A stretch of DNA of 19,366 bases from Archangiaceae bacterium (lineage in GTDB: Bacteria > Myxococcota > Myxococcia > Myxococcales > Myxococcaceae). The position numbers and the translations under genes were made by a program. The stretch covers positions 1 through 19,366 of the forward strand of contig JAYVCD010000313.1 of the NCBI GenBank assembly GCA_043750125.1, given 5' to 3'. Numbering within the stretch: position 1 is the first letter of the stretch; every line of letters starts with the position of its first letter. The notes beneath the pieces are model-generated. The model saw nothing but the letters and a program-made list of their open reading frames with translations. It made no database searches and had not been told where the DNA came from. This document shows positions 1 to 8,109 of the stretch, one piece after another.

Positions 1-1207
1 GCGAGAAGCCGAGCACGGTGGCGGCCTCGAGCTGACCCACCGGAACGCTTTCCAGCCCGGCGCGGTAGTTCTCGGCTTCGGCGGCGGCGTAGTTCAGACC
101 GAGCGCGACGACTCCGGCGATGAAGGGCGAGAGCTTCAGGCCGAGCTCGGGCAGGCCGAAGTAGATCATCGTCAGCTGAATCAGCAGCGGCGTGCCGCGG
201 AAGAACTCGATGTACATCACGCAGGCCAGGCTCACCGGCTTCGGCCCATACCTTCGGCCCATCGCCAGCGAAATTCCGAGCACGATCGCCAGCATCATCG
301 CGAGCAAAGAGACTGCGATCGACAGCAGCGCGCCCTTGAAAAACAGGGGCAGCACCTGGGGGTAGCGGGTCGTCACCCGTTCCCAGAACGGAGGGAGCTT
401 TCCGACCGCCGCGCGCCACCTCAGGAACTCTTCGGGGGAGCTGCGCGCGATGGGGTCGGGGTCGCCAAAGAGCTGGGCGATTTCCGGACTCCACAGGCCC
501 CACTTCTCGTAGAGCGCGCGCAGCGTTCCATCGTGGATCAACGCCTCGAGCGCAGCGTTGACCTTCGCGCGCCGCGGTTCATCGTCGAGGCGAAAAGCGA
601 TCGCATATTCGACGCTTCCGAAGTCGCCCGGAACGGTCTGAAAGTCCGGGTCGATCTCTGCGTAGAAGAGCGCAATCGGAGCGTCGAGCAGCACCGCGTC
701 GATGCGCCCGAGCTTCAGGTCGGCGTAGATCTGATCCTGCCCGCCTTCGTAGGTCCGCACTTCGGCGCCGGCGCGGGTCAAAATCCGTTCGGCCATCGAG
801 CCGGGAAGCGTTCCGACCGGGCGGCCCTTCAGCGCGTCCATCGTCCGCGGCGCGCGCGCATCGCCGTTGCGAATGGTCAGTCGCTCGGGGGCGGAAAAGT
901 ACGGGCGGCTGAGCAGCACGACGCGCGTCTTCTCGTCGGCGACTTCGATCCCGTTGAGCGCGATGTCGAAATCGCCGCGTGCGAGCAGCTCGATCAGCTT
1001 GTCCCAGGGACCTTGAATCGGCCGGGCGCGCACCCCGAGCTTCCGGCCGAGCTCACCGGCGAGCTCCACCTCGAAGCCGACGAGGTGATTGGGGTCGGTC
1101 GGGTCTTGAAAGACGTAGGGCGCGCCGCCTTGCGCGTCTGCGCCCCACCGCAGTTCGGGTTCAGGGGCGGCCGCCAGCAGCGCGGCCGCGAGGAGAAGAG
1201 CGTTCAT
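1..1207 (-). CDS. Polar amino acid ABC transporter, fused substrate-binding domain plus permease (3' end runs off the window)
   Basis: Not in the ORF track because it has no stop in the window. Manual translation from ATG 1207 gives MNALLLAAALLAAAPEPELRWGADAQGGAPYVFQDP...VGFEVELA...LARGDFDIALNG...LSRPYF (family 3 binding protein), then TM helices and YIEFFRGTPLLIQL...AAEAENYRAGLESVPVGQLEAATVLG (HisM/GlnP permease with EAA loop). Confidence 0.92.
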   Translation of the reverse strand, partial: MNALLLAAALLAAAPEPELRWGADAQGGAPYVFQDPTDPNHLVGFEVELAGELGRKLGVRARPIQGPWDKLIELLARGDFDIALNGIEVADEKTRVVLLSRPYFSAPERLTIRNGDARAPRTMDALKGRPVGTLPGSMAERILTRAGAEVRTYEGGQDQIYADLKLGRIDAVLLDAPIALFYAEIDPDFQTVPGDFGSVEYAIAFRLDDEPRRAKVNAALEALIHDGTLRALYEKWGLWSPEIAQLFGDPDPIARSSPEEFLRWRAAVGKLPPFWERVTTRYPQVLPLFFKGALLSIAVSLLAMMLAIVLGISLAMGRRYGPKPVSLACVMYIEFFRGTPLLIQLTMIYFGLPELGLKLSPFIAGVVALGLNYAAAEAENYRAGLESVPVGQLEAATVLGFS

Positions 1208-1250
1208 GCTTCAGCCCGAAGCGGCCCAGCTCAGGCCCAGGCTCCGCACG

Positions 1251-2324
1251 TCACGGAGGGCCGGCAAAGCTCGACGTGCCGCTCAGCGATTCGAGGAACG
1301 CCTTGAGCTGCGCCTTCTCTTTTGCCGAGAGCATCACCCGCTTGAGCTTCGGGTCGAGCAGCGGGTTCTTCGTTCCGCCCGACGCCATGATGTCGATTGC
1401 GTCGTTCAGGGTCTTCGCCGAGCCGTCGTGAAACCAGGGCCCGGTGAGCGCGACGTTGCGCAGGGAAGGCGTCTTGAACTTGCCCTCGTCCTTGTCGTCC
1501 TTGGTCGCGTCCTTTCGGCCGTGGTCCCGCTCGGCCTCGGGCTTGTCGAAGCCGATGCCGGTGTTGTGGAAGTCGACATCGCTGAACAGCGGCAGCACGT
1601 GGCAGTTGATGCAGCCGGCCTTCTTGAAGACCTCGAAGCCCTTCTGGGCGTCGGCGGAAATCGCGGTCTTATCGCCCGCCTGGAACTTGTCGTACGGCGC
1701 GTTGGCGTTGTTGAGCGCACGAAGGAACGACGCGAGCGCCTTGGGGACGTTGTCGGCGGTCGCGACTTCACCGTAGGCGCGCTTGAAGCGGGCCTTCACT
1801 TCCGGGTTCACGTTGAGCGCGGTGGCGATCGCGGCCGGGTCGGCTCCCAGCTGCCCTTTCCACGCCGCGGCGCTGACCGCTTCGAGGGTGGGGGCGCGGC
1901 CGTCCCAGTACCAGCTCGCGTGGTAGGCGAGGTTGAGCACGGTGGGGGTGTTGCGCTTGTTCATCGCTCCGCCGACCTTTGCGTCGACCGCGTTCGAGGT
2001 GGCCCACGCCTTCTCGGGAAGGTGGCAGCCCGAGCAGCTCATCGAGCCGTCCTTCGAGAGCGCCTTGTCGAAGAAGAGGCGGTGGCCGAGGTCGACCGTG
2101 TCGTCGGTGAAAGGGCTGTCGACCGGCGCCTCGACAGACGCCAGCGGAGGCGAGCGCGGCGGAGCAGGCGGTGAGGCCGGCAAGGTGATGACCGGCTCGG
2201 GCGCGGGCGCCGGTTTCTCTGAACCGGGAGCAGGAGCGGGAGCAGGCTCAGGAGCCGGCTGGGGTGCGGATTTGCACGCGATCACGGCGAGGACGAGCAC
2301 AGAAAGCAGCAGGCGGATTCGCAT
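1251..2324 (-). CDS. Di-haem cytochrome c peroxidase (CcP/MauG family), predicted lipoprotein
   Basis: Two CXXCH motifs (CSGCH, CINCH) plus LGHRLFFDKALS, RNTPTVLN, WDGRAPTLE and FKTPSLRNVALTGPWFHDGS. Start moved to ATG 2324, which gives the signal peptide MRIRLLLSVLVLAVIA-C followed by a Pro/Ala linker. Confidence 0.92.
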   Translation of the reverse strand: MRIRLLLSVLVLAVIACKSAPQPAPEPAPAPAPGSEKPAPAPEPVITLPASPPAPPRSPPLASVEAPVDSPFTDDTVDLGHRLFFDKALSKDGSMSCSGCHLPEKAWATSNAVDAKVGGAMNKRNTPTVLNLAYHASWYWDGRAPTLEAVSAAAWKGQLGADPAAIATALNVNPEVKARFKRAYGEVATADNVPKALASFLRALNNANAPYDKFQAGDKTAISADAQKGFEVFKKAGCINCHVLPLFSDVDFHNTGIGFDKPEAERDHGRKDATKDDKDEGKFKTPSLRNVALTGPWFHDGSAKTLNDAIDIMASGGTKNPLLDPKLKRVMLSAKEKAQLKAFLESLSGTSSFAGPP

Positions 2325-2380
2325 GGGGCGGGGGTTTAACGCGAAGTCGGGGCAACGGCACGAGGTACAGTTTGCGCCGC

Positions 2381-2635
2381 GTGAAACGGGCAGACACGAG
2401 GCGATCAGCGTCCGAGCGGCTCGAGGCAGCATTCGGGCTCACGGATTTAGGGCTTCAGATGATGCGTCAGCGACTGCGACGCGAGAACCCCAAAGCAAGC
2501 CGCCAAAAACTGACTACGCTGTTCGAGCAATGGCTGCTGCGAAGACCCCCGGACGCCGAAGGAAAGCCAGTGTCCCCCGAGCGGCTCCTTCGCCAACTCT
2601 TGCTGCCGCCGCGACAGGTGCACACTTCGCACTGA
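2381..2635 (+). CDS. Small helical protein upstream of a nucleotidyltransferase (putative antitoxin-like partner); 3' end possibly aberrant
   Basis: From GTG 2381: ...ASERLEAAFGLTDLGLQMMRQRLRRENPKASRQKLTTLFEQWLLRRP. It resembles the short proteins I recall preceding DUF6036/AbiEii-like nucleotidyltransferases, and its tail overlaps the NTase N-terminus in another frame. Confidence 0.6.
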   Translation: MKRADTRRSASERLEAAFGLTDLGLQMMRQRLRRENPKASRQKLTTLFEQWLLRRPPDAEGKPVSPERLLRQLLLPPRQVHTSH

Positions 2636-3161
2636 TTGGTGGCCAGGCGGTCGCCGCGCGGACCGAGCCCCGCTTCACCGAAGACGTGGACCTCGCCGTC
2701 TCGGTCGCCGATGACGAGCAAGCCCAGCAGATCGTTTTCGGCCTCACTCAGAGGGCTGGCGAATGAAAGGCGCGGTCGAACAGAGAGCGACCGGTCGGCT
2801 CGCGACCGCTCGACTCTCTGCCCCTGGAGAGAAAACGGACGTGTTGGTCGACTTGTTGTTTGCCAGTTCTGGCATCGAGCCCGAAATCGTTGCTGCGGCG
2901 ACACCGATGCGACTGCTCGAGATTTCGTCGCTCCCGGTCGCGACCGTCGGGCACTTGATCGCGATGAAGGTCCTCTCAGAATCGAAGGCCCGGCTTCAGG
3001 ACAGAATCGATCTCGAAAAGCTTCTCACCCTCGCAACCACCCACGACCTCAACCTCGCAGAGCGCAGCTTGCAGTTGATTTTGTCCCGCGGATTTGCACG
3101 CAAGAAGAACCTGATCGAGCTGCTGGGGAAGCTCCGCCGAAGGCACAGCTCGAGGAATTGA
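2600..3161 (+). pseudogene. Frameshifted DNA pol-beta superfamily nucleotidyltransferase (DUF6036/AbiEii-like)
   Basis: One frame gives HFALIGGQAVAARTEPRFTEDVDLAV (GG and DxD motifs) and stops at 2766. The C-terminal half (VEQRATGRLATARL...VDLLFASSGIEPEIV...HLIAMKVLS...RLQDRIDL) is in another frame, 2763..3161. Adding one G in gagggctggc (2751-2760) joins them as LTQRGWRMKGAVEQ. No suitable start codon precedes the N-terminal half. Confidence 0.75.
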
Positions 3162-3173
3162 CTGAGCCTCAGA

Positions 3174-3381
3174 TCAGGGCGCGTGGGCTTCGATCCACTT
3201 CAATACGTCGGCCTTCACCTGCGCCTTGAGCGGCTCGTGCGGCAAGTCGTGCCATTGCTTCGCATAGAGCTTGAGCGGCTTGTCCGTGCAGGACCAACAG
3301 AGGAAGGGTCAGCTCTTCGCAGCGGGCAAAGATGTCCTCGATTCCGTTGGCCGCCGCGCGCGCCGAACGGGCCGGCAGGTC
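3174..3381 (-). pseudogene. Relic of the C-terminus of an alpha/beta hydrolase (lysophospholipase / Hydrolase_4-like)
   Basis: The minus strand reads DLPARSARAAANGIEDIFARCEELTLPLLVLHG, then after a frame change near 3285 reads TDKPLKLYAKQWHDLPHEPLKAQVKADVLKWIEAHAP*. The segment normally lying between LHG and DKxLKLY, and the whole N-terminus, are missing. Confidence 0.7.
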
Positions 3382-3442
3382 GCGGCGCGGAGCTCAAAGG
3401 CAGAGACCGGGCGAATGTCCTTCAGCTGCGCTGCGATTGCCG

Positions 3443-4156
3443 TCAGAAAGAGTAGCCGAGCCCCGCGCTCACCCTTTGCTCTCCGAGCGGGACGAGCTCG
3501 ACCGAGAGATCAAACCCGGCCGGGAGCCCGACCACCAGGCCGGCGCCGACCTGAAAATGGTAGATGTCGGTGCCCACGTCGGAACGTCCGCCTTCGACCG
3601 CCACCACCGGCCCGCCGAACGCGCGTCCGACCAGGTAGGGTGTGAATCGTTTGGCGAAGGTGTAGCCGGCGGTCACCGAGCCGCGAAGGTCGGCGGCGTA
3701 GAGCGCGTCATCGCCTCCGCGGGAAGGCACGGCCAGCGACACGGCGACCGAAGCGCCGACCATCACGAACGGAATGGGGCCTTTTTGATCGACGATCGAC
3801 CAGGAAGCCCCCACCCCGGCGAAGAGCCCACGCAGGACCTCGGCCCCCGGGGCTCCGAGCCGCGCAAAGGCGATGCCGCCCCCGCTGACTTGCAGGGTGA
3901 CGCGCTTGGAAAGCTTCTTCTCGAAGGAAGCGCCCAGGGCCATTTCCTCGATGTCGAGAAAGCCCCGCTCGGCGAAGGACAGGCGCGAACGAAACGCGCC
4001 GAACGCGAGGCCGACCCGGGAATCGGGCGGCTTTTCTCCGTGACACAGCTGAGCCAACCCGGTCGGACCGACCGGAGCCGAGATGCCTCAAGCACGCGCG
4101 TCGCGGGGGTACAACACAACAAGAAGCAGGGTGGCGGCGGTCAGGATGATGCGCAT
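3443..4156 (-). CDS. Outer-membrane beta-barrel-like protein with an in-frame TGA at codon 23 (candidate selenoprotein, 237 aa)
   Basis: ATG 4156 gives MRIILTAATLLLVVLYPRDARA, then TGA (4090-4088), then GISAPVGPTGLAQLCHGE..., in frame with ORF 3443..4057. The product has alternating hydrophobic strands and ends in SAGLGYSF with a terminal Phe. A SECIS-like hairpin follows the TGA. Confidence 0.7.
4054..4081 (-). promoter_or_regulatory. Candidate bacterial SECIS hairpin
   Basis: mRNA reads UGA-GGCAUC-UCGGC-U-CCGGUC-GGUCC-GACCGG-GUUGG. This gives a perfect 6-bp upper stem (4075..4059), a bulged U and a G-U-rich lower stem. The loop GGUC falls at +22..+25 counting the U of UGA as +1. Confidence 0.65.
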
Positions 4157-4168
4157 GGGGAACGCGAA

Positions 4169-4411
4169 CTAACGTGGCGCGTCGGAAGATTCCAGTCGTC
4201 GTGTTTCCGCGTGCTTTTTTATGTCTCGCCAGAGGTACGCGGTCACCGCGGCGATGACGCCAAGGTCGTCGAGCCAGCCGAAGAAGGGGATGAAATCGGG
4301 GATGGCATCGAGGGGCATCACCCCGTAGAGCGCTCCCAGAAAGACGAGGCTCTTCTTCGCCAGCGAGACCTGGCCGTCGCGGAAATATCGGCTGATGTCT
4401 TGCAGCTTCAT
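4169..4411 (-). CDS. DUF1232 / YkvA family small membrane protein
   Basis: Motif LYGVMPLDAIPDFIPFFGWLDDLGVI. AGGAG lies 5 nt before ATG 4411; ATG 4414 is an alternative start. Confidence 0.88.
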   Translation of the reverse strand: MKLQDISRYFRDGQVSLAKKSLVFLGALYGVMPLDAIPDFIPFFGWLDDLGVIAAVTAYLWRDIKKHAETRRLESSDAPR

Positions 4412-4473
4412 CATTGCTCCTACGAACGAAGAGGCTGACCCATTCCACCGCCTGGTCCAGACTGAAGCAACCC

Positions 4474-5256
4474 ATGGGAAAGAAGAAGATCAAGCTGAGC
4501 GACAAGACGCCCAACGCCTATGACTTTGTGGTCAACCCGAAGGGGACGCTGACCCTGGCCGACATCGACCCGGCCGAGTCGATTGGCGAAACGAAAGAAG
4601 AGTACGAAGAAGCGCTGAAGAAGCTGCAGAAGAAGTTGTTCGAGCTGCAGGTGCGCTACTTCCTCGAAAAGCGGCGGGCGATCATCGTGTTCGAAGGCTG
4701 GGACGCGGCGGGCAAGGGAGGGGTGATCAAGCGCTTGACCTCTCTGATGGACCCCCGAGGCTACAAGGTGTGGCCGATTGCCGCTCCGAAGGACGCCGAG
4801 GCGCGGCACCATTACCTCTGGCGGTTCAACACCCGGACGCCTGAGCTGGGCGAGCTGTCGGTCTTCGATCGCAGCTGGTACGGCCGGGTGCTGGTCGAGC
4901 GGGTCGAAGGGTTCGCCTCTGCAGACCAGTGGCAGCGGGCCTACGACGAAATCAACGCCTTCGAGCGGACGCTGACCGACGACGGAATCGTGATTCTCAA
5001 GTTCTTCCTCCACATCGACAAGAAGACCCAGCTCGAGCGCTTCAAGGCCCGGGAAAAAGACCCGGTGAAGAACTTCAAAATCGGCCCGGACGACTGGCGC
5101 AATCGCAAGCGCTGGCCGGATTACGAGCGGGCGATTCAGGACATGTTTGATCGCACCCACCGGCCCGACGCGCCGTGGCACGCGGTGCCGGCCAACGACA
5201 AGAAGTACGCGCGCATCGCCGTGCTGCGCAGCTGCATCGAAGCGCTCGACGTCTGA
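4474..5256 (+). CDS. ppk2: Polyphosphate kinase 2 family protein (polyphosphate:nucleotide phosphotransferase)
   Basis: Walker A region FEGWDAAGKGG, plus HHYLWRF, FDRSWYGRVLVERVEG, EINAFER, KFFLHI, DWRNR and APWHAVPANDKKYARI. Start taken at ATG 4474. Confidence 0.93.
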   Translation: MGKKKIKLSDKTPNAYDFVVNPKGTLTLADIDPAESIGETKEEYEEALKKLQKKLFELQVRYFLEKRRAIIVFEGWDAAGKGGVIKRLTSLMDPRGYKVWPIAAPKDAEARHHYLWRFNTRTPELGELSVFDRSWYGRVLVERVEGFASADQWQRAYDEINAFERTLTDDGIVILKFFLHIDKKTQLERFKAREKDPVKNFKIGPDDWRNRKRWPDYERAIQDMFDRTHRPDAPWHAVPANDKKYARIAVLRSCIEALDV

Positions 5257-5906
5257 TGACCGGGCCGCACATCCCTCCCGCCCCGGCCCCGCTCGAGCCG
5301 GGCCAGTCGTTTCCCGGAGGCTGGTCGGTCGTCACCCTCTGGCCGTTGAGGCTGGAGCAGCAGGTCGATTCCGAGCTGCTGCGCCGGTCGGTGGTGCCGC
5401 TGGGGCCGCTGCTGCTGGGCGCGTTCGTGATTGCCGCCAGCTGGGAAGCACCTCCGGGAATTCGGCTTGCCGCCTGGCCGGTGGGCTTCGCGCTGCTGGC
5501 GGTCTTCGGGCTGGGGGTGCTGAACCTGATTCGCAGCGTGCGGCGAAAGCGAGAAGGCATCGTCCTCGCCGTCGACGCGCAGAGCGTGACCGGCTACCCC
5601 GAAGCGCGTTCCTGGCTCGGCGACTACTTCGTCCGGCTGGGCACGCATCCGCGGTCGGCGGTGAAGAGCGTGAGCCTGTGCGTCTACCGCGACCCGAAGC
5701 GGGGAACTTCGGCGCGCGCGAAGGTTCGCATCGAGCTCGAAGCCGACGCGGCGCTGGTGGGCCCCGAGGCGTCGGGCGACGACGCGCAGTGGCCGGCGGT
5801 GCGAGAGGCGCTGTTGCCTGCGGCGGCGGCGATCGCTGCGGCGCTGGGAAAGAGGCTGGTGCTCGACGACCCGGAAACGAAACAGCGGTTCGAAGTCGAC
5901 TGGTGA
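5256..5906 (+). CDS. Hypothetical membrane protein with two predicted TM helices and a soluble C-terminal domain
   Basis: ATG overlaps the ppk2 stop (TGATG). Two hydrophobic stretches: VVPLGPLLLGAFVIAASW and WPVGFALLAVFGLGVLNLI. Confidence 0.7.
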   Translation: MTGPHIPPAPAPLEPGQSFPGGWSVVTLWPLRLEQQVDSELLRRSVVPLGPLLLGAFVIAASWEAPPGIRLAAWPVGFALLAVFGLGVLNLIRSVRRKREGIVLAVDAQSVTGYPEARSWLGDYFVRLGTHPRSAVKSVSLCVYRDPKRGTSARAKVRIELEADAALVGPEASGDDAQWPAVREALLPAAAAIAAALGKRLVLDDPETKQRFEVDW

Positions 5907-5910
5907 AGCT

Positions 5911-6588
5911 TCAGGCCCACAGGCCCAACGCGACCAGCACCCCGACCAGCCGCAGCACGCTGTCCGGGCTGGTCGAGCCGGCGAGGACCGCGTCGAGAGA
6001 CTTTCCCGCGGCGAGCTCGCGGCAGACGCGCAGCTCGCTGGGGCCCAGCTCGAGCCGGGTGAAGACTTCGGCTTTGAGGTCGAGCGCCAGGGGCTGCTTC
6101 GGCCGTTCGGCGATGGAGTCGCGAATCGCCTGAAGGTTGATTCGCTTGCGGAAGGCGGCGGTCACGGCCCCCTCAAGGGGAATTCGAACCATCGGCTCGA
6201 CTCCAACACTGGCCACCAGGGTCACGGTGCCGGAAGACGCCATCGCGTTTTCCAGCCGCAGCCGCGCCTGGCGTTCGAGCGCGCTCGCCAGGTCGGTGGG
6301 GGTCAACAGCCCGTCGGCGATCAACTGATGCCCCAACAGGGTGCCCCGCTTTCGGGCTTCGTTGGCGACGGGCTCGATCAACACCGGATCCAGCCGACCT
6401 TCGGCGGCGAGCATGTTGCCCAGGCGCTCGGAGACGACCGGGCTCTCAGAGTTGATGAGACAGCCGCGCGAGACGTGGAGCACCCGCATGGCCCCGTCGG
6501 CCTTCGAGAGTGCTTTGAACGACCCGTCGGCCGAGCGCCGGGTGAGGTCGGAAAGAACCAACAGCACCATTGGATTCAGACTGGGCAT
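5911..6588 (-). CDS. Hypothetical protein, DUF4388-like, with MshEN-like RLG/LLG motifs
   Basis: ERLGNMLAAEGRL...LLGHQLIADGLLTPTDLASALERQ and a C-terminal helical segment ending VLRLVGVLVALGL. It starts 10 nt after the upstream stop. Confidence 0.7.
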   Translation of the reverse strand: MPSLNPMVLLVLSDLTRRSADGSFKALSKADGAMRVLHVSRGCLINSESPVVSERLGNMLAAEGRLDPVLIEPVANEARKRGTLLGHQLIADGLLTPTDLASALERQARLRLENAMASSGTVTLVASVGVEPMVRIPLEGAVTAAFRKRINLQAIRDSIAERPKQPLALDLKAEVFTRLELGPSELRVCRELAAGKSLDAVLAGSTSPDSVLRLVGVLVALGLWA

Positions 6589-6598
6589 CCGTCAGTTC

Positions 6599-7828
6599 TC
6601 AGCCATTGAGGCTTGCGACTTCGAGGTTCGAGCGCTCGGTCATCAAAGCGAGCTCAGCGTCGGTCGGGAAGCCCTTTGACTTCCAGCGCTCGGGTCGGTC
6701 GTCGGTGCGGGTCATCAAGCGGCCGACGACTTCGAGCGCGATTTCGAAACGGGCGGGCCAGACCTTCGGCTTCAATTCCCCTTCTCCGACGAGGCGGACG
6801 AAGTCGATTCGATCCGTTCGCGGCAGCAGTCCGTCGACTTCTTCCGTCCACGGAGTGCAGGTGTAGATTTCGCCCCCGTCGGTCCGGAAAGCCGAGAAGC
6901 GGGAGACGAATTGCGCCTCGCCTTTGTATTCGTACCAGGCGTCGAGCAGCTCTTTTTGCTGGGTGTAGGAATTGGCGCGCGACTGCAGCGCGAGGAAGTA
7001 GAGCTTGTCGAACGCGGCGCTGTCAGCCGGAGGTAGCCAGGCCTGCCAGCCGTCGCCGACCTGCTTGAAGGCGACTCCGGTGATGGCCCGCGGGTCCTGC
7101 ACCGCGTCGCGGGCGATTTCCGCCATGTTCGCCAGCGCCTGCGGGTCTTCGCTGCCGGCGATCATCAAGACGCTCGCGGCGGGGATCATCGCGACGTGTT
7201 CGCCCTTCACCTGCAGTCGCGAAATTTCTTCGCCCAGCAGCAGGCGGGCCGCGTCGTGACCATCGCCCCACGGCGAGGCCCACAGCCCGGGAGCCAACTG
7301 GCGAAACGGTTCTTTCGAGCGCAGCCGAAGGTTTGCGACCGCGTGCTGTTCGAGCTGGGCCAGCGACATGCCCCAGAGCGTCAGGCGCGAGGCGGTCACG
7401 TCCATCGCGGACGTAGGCAAGTCGAACACCGCGTTGACTTCGAGCTCGTCGTTGAAGTGCCGGTAGGGAATCTGCAGCAGGGCGCGTTCGGCTTCGAGCT
7501 CGACCTGGGCCGCCAGTTGGCGCTCGAGCACCGCGTGGTAGACGGACTCGCGCAGCCGGGGGAGCACGCCGCGCAGCACCTCGTCGAGGGGCGGAAACGC
7601 GCCGTTGTCGAGCAGGCTCCACAGGCGCCGCTGCAGCACCTTCTCGCGCTCGTGGAGCGCGGCGGCGGTGAACTCGTTGTACCCGTGCTTGAGAAAGCAA
7701 AAGCGCCAGAGGCCCTTTTCGCCTTCGACGATCAGGCAGAAGCGGGCGGCGTCGAAGCGAATCTCTCGCGTCATCCCCCGCGCTCGCAGGTGCCCGGTGG
7801 CCAAGTCTGCAAATTCGGCGGGAGTCAT
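6599..7828 (-). CDS. Hypothetical protein with a DUF1444/YtpQ-like central region
   Basis: Long ORF with GC-rich codon usage. AVANLR...WGDGHDAARLLL...LQVKGEHVAMIP...LMIAG resembles DUF1444. Start taken at ATG 7828 (MTPAEF) because the upstream extension overlaps the yjbQ relic. Confidence 0.7.
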   Translation of the reverse strand: MTPAEFADLATGHLRARGMTREIRFDAARFCLIVEGEKGLWRFCFLKHGYNEFTAAALHEREKVLQRRLWSLLDNGAFPPLDEVLRGVLPRLRESVYHAVLERQLAAQVELEAERALLQIPYRHFNDELEVNAVFDLPTSAMDVTASRLTLWGMSLAQLEQHAVANLRLRSKEPFRQLAPGLWASPWGDGHDAARLLLGEEISRLQVKGEHVAMIPAASVLMIAGSEDPQALANMAEIARDAVQDPRAITGVAFKQVGDGWQAWLPPADSAAFDKLYFLALQSRANSYTQQKELLDAWYEYKGEAQFVSRFSAFRTDGGEIYTCTPWTEEVDGLLPRTDRIDFVRLVGEGELKPKVWPARFEIALEVVGRLMTRTDDRPERWKSKGFPTDAELALMTERSNLEVASLNG

Positions 7829-7873
7829 CTTTGGGTTGCGAGCCTTACTACGAGTTGTCAGGGTCTTTAAGGT

Positions 7874-8088
7874 ATGTCGGTACTTCGTCAGGCCCAACAC
7901 ACGCTGCAGTTGGCGACCCGGGGGCGGGGGCTTTACGTCAATCACCCCTCAGGTGTCGCGGTGGGTTGAGGAAGAACAGCGGGCGGACGGGCTGTGCGTG
8001 CGCGGTTCCGGTCCAGGGGCTGTACCTGTTCGAGCACCGGCACGCGCCGAAAGTTAGACGCGTCGTCCTCCACTACCTCGGCACGTGA
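7874..8088 (+). pseudogene. yjbQ: Relic of a YjbQ/UPF0047 (secondary thiamine-phosphate synthase family) gene
   Basis: ATG 7874 gives MSVLRQAQHTLQLATRGRGLY, a frameshift gives ITPQVSRWVEEEQRADGLCV, and the sequence then jumps to QGLYLFEHRHAPKVRRVVLHYLGT*. These match the YjbQ N- and C-termini; the conserved core (HTSA, ENADP, AHI) is absent. Confidence 0.75.
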
Positions 8089-8109
8089 TGATGTTGTAGT
8101 CGTAGGGAA

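Noticed and set aside
1-1207. Binding protein-permease fusion as a novelty
   Set aside because: Such fusions are well known among polar amino acid ABC transporters (GlnP type).
1208-1253. TGA ending the cytochrome c peroxidase as a second possible Sec codon
   Set aside because: The domain is complete before the stop, there is no comparable hairpin in the right register, and the next gene starts 43 nt later.
533-2174. Long plus-strand ORFs (533..1306, 1206..2174), and similar ones at 3332..4438, 7942..9138, 11601..12737 and 14478..15773
   Set aside because: They are antisense or alternate-frame shadows of well-supported genes in high-GC DNA and carry no recognisable motifs.
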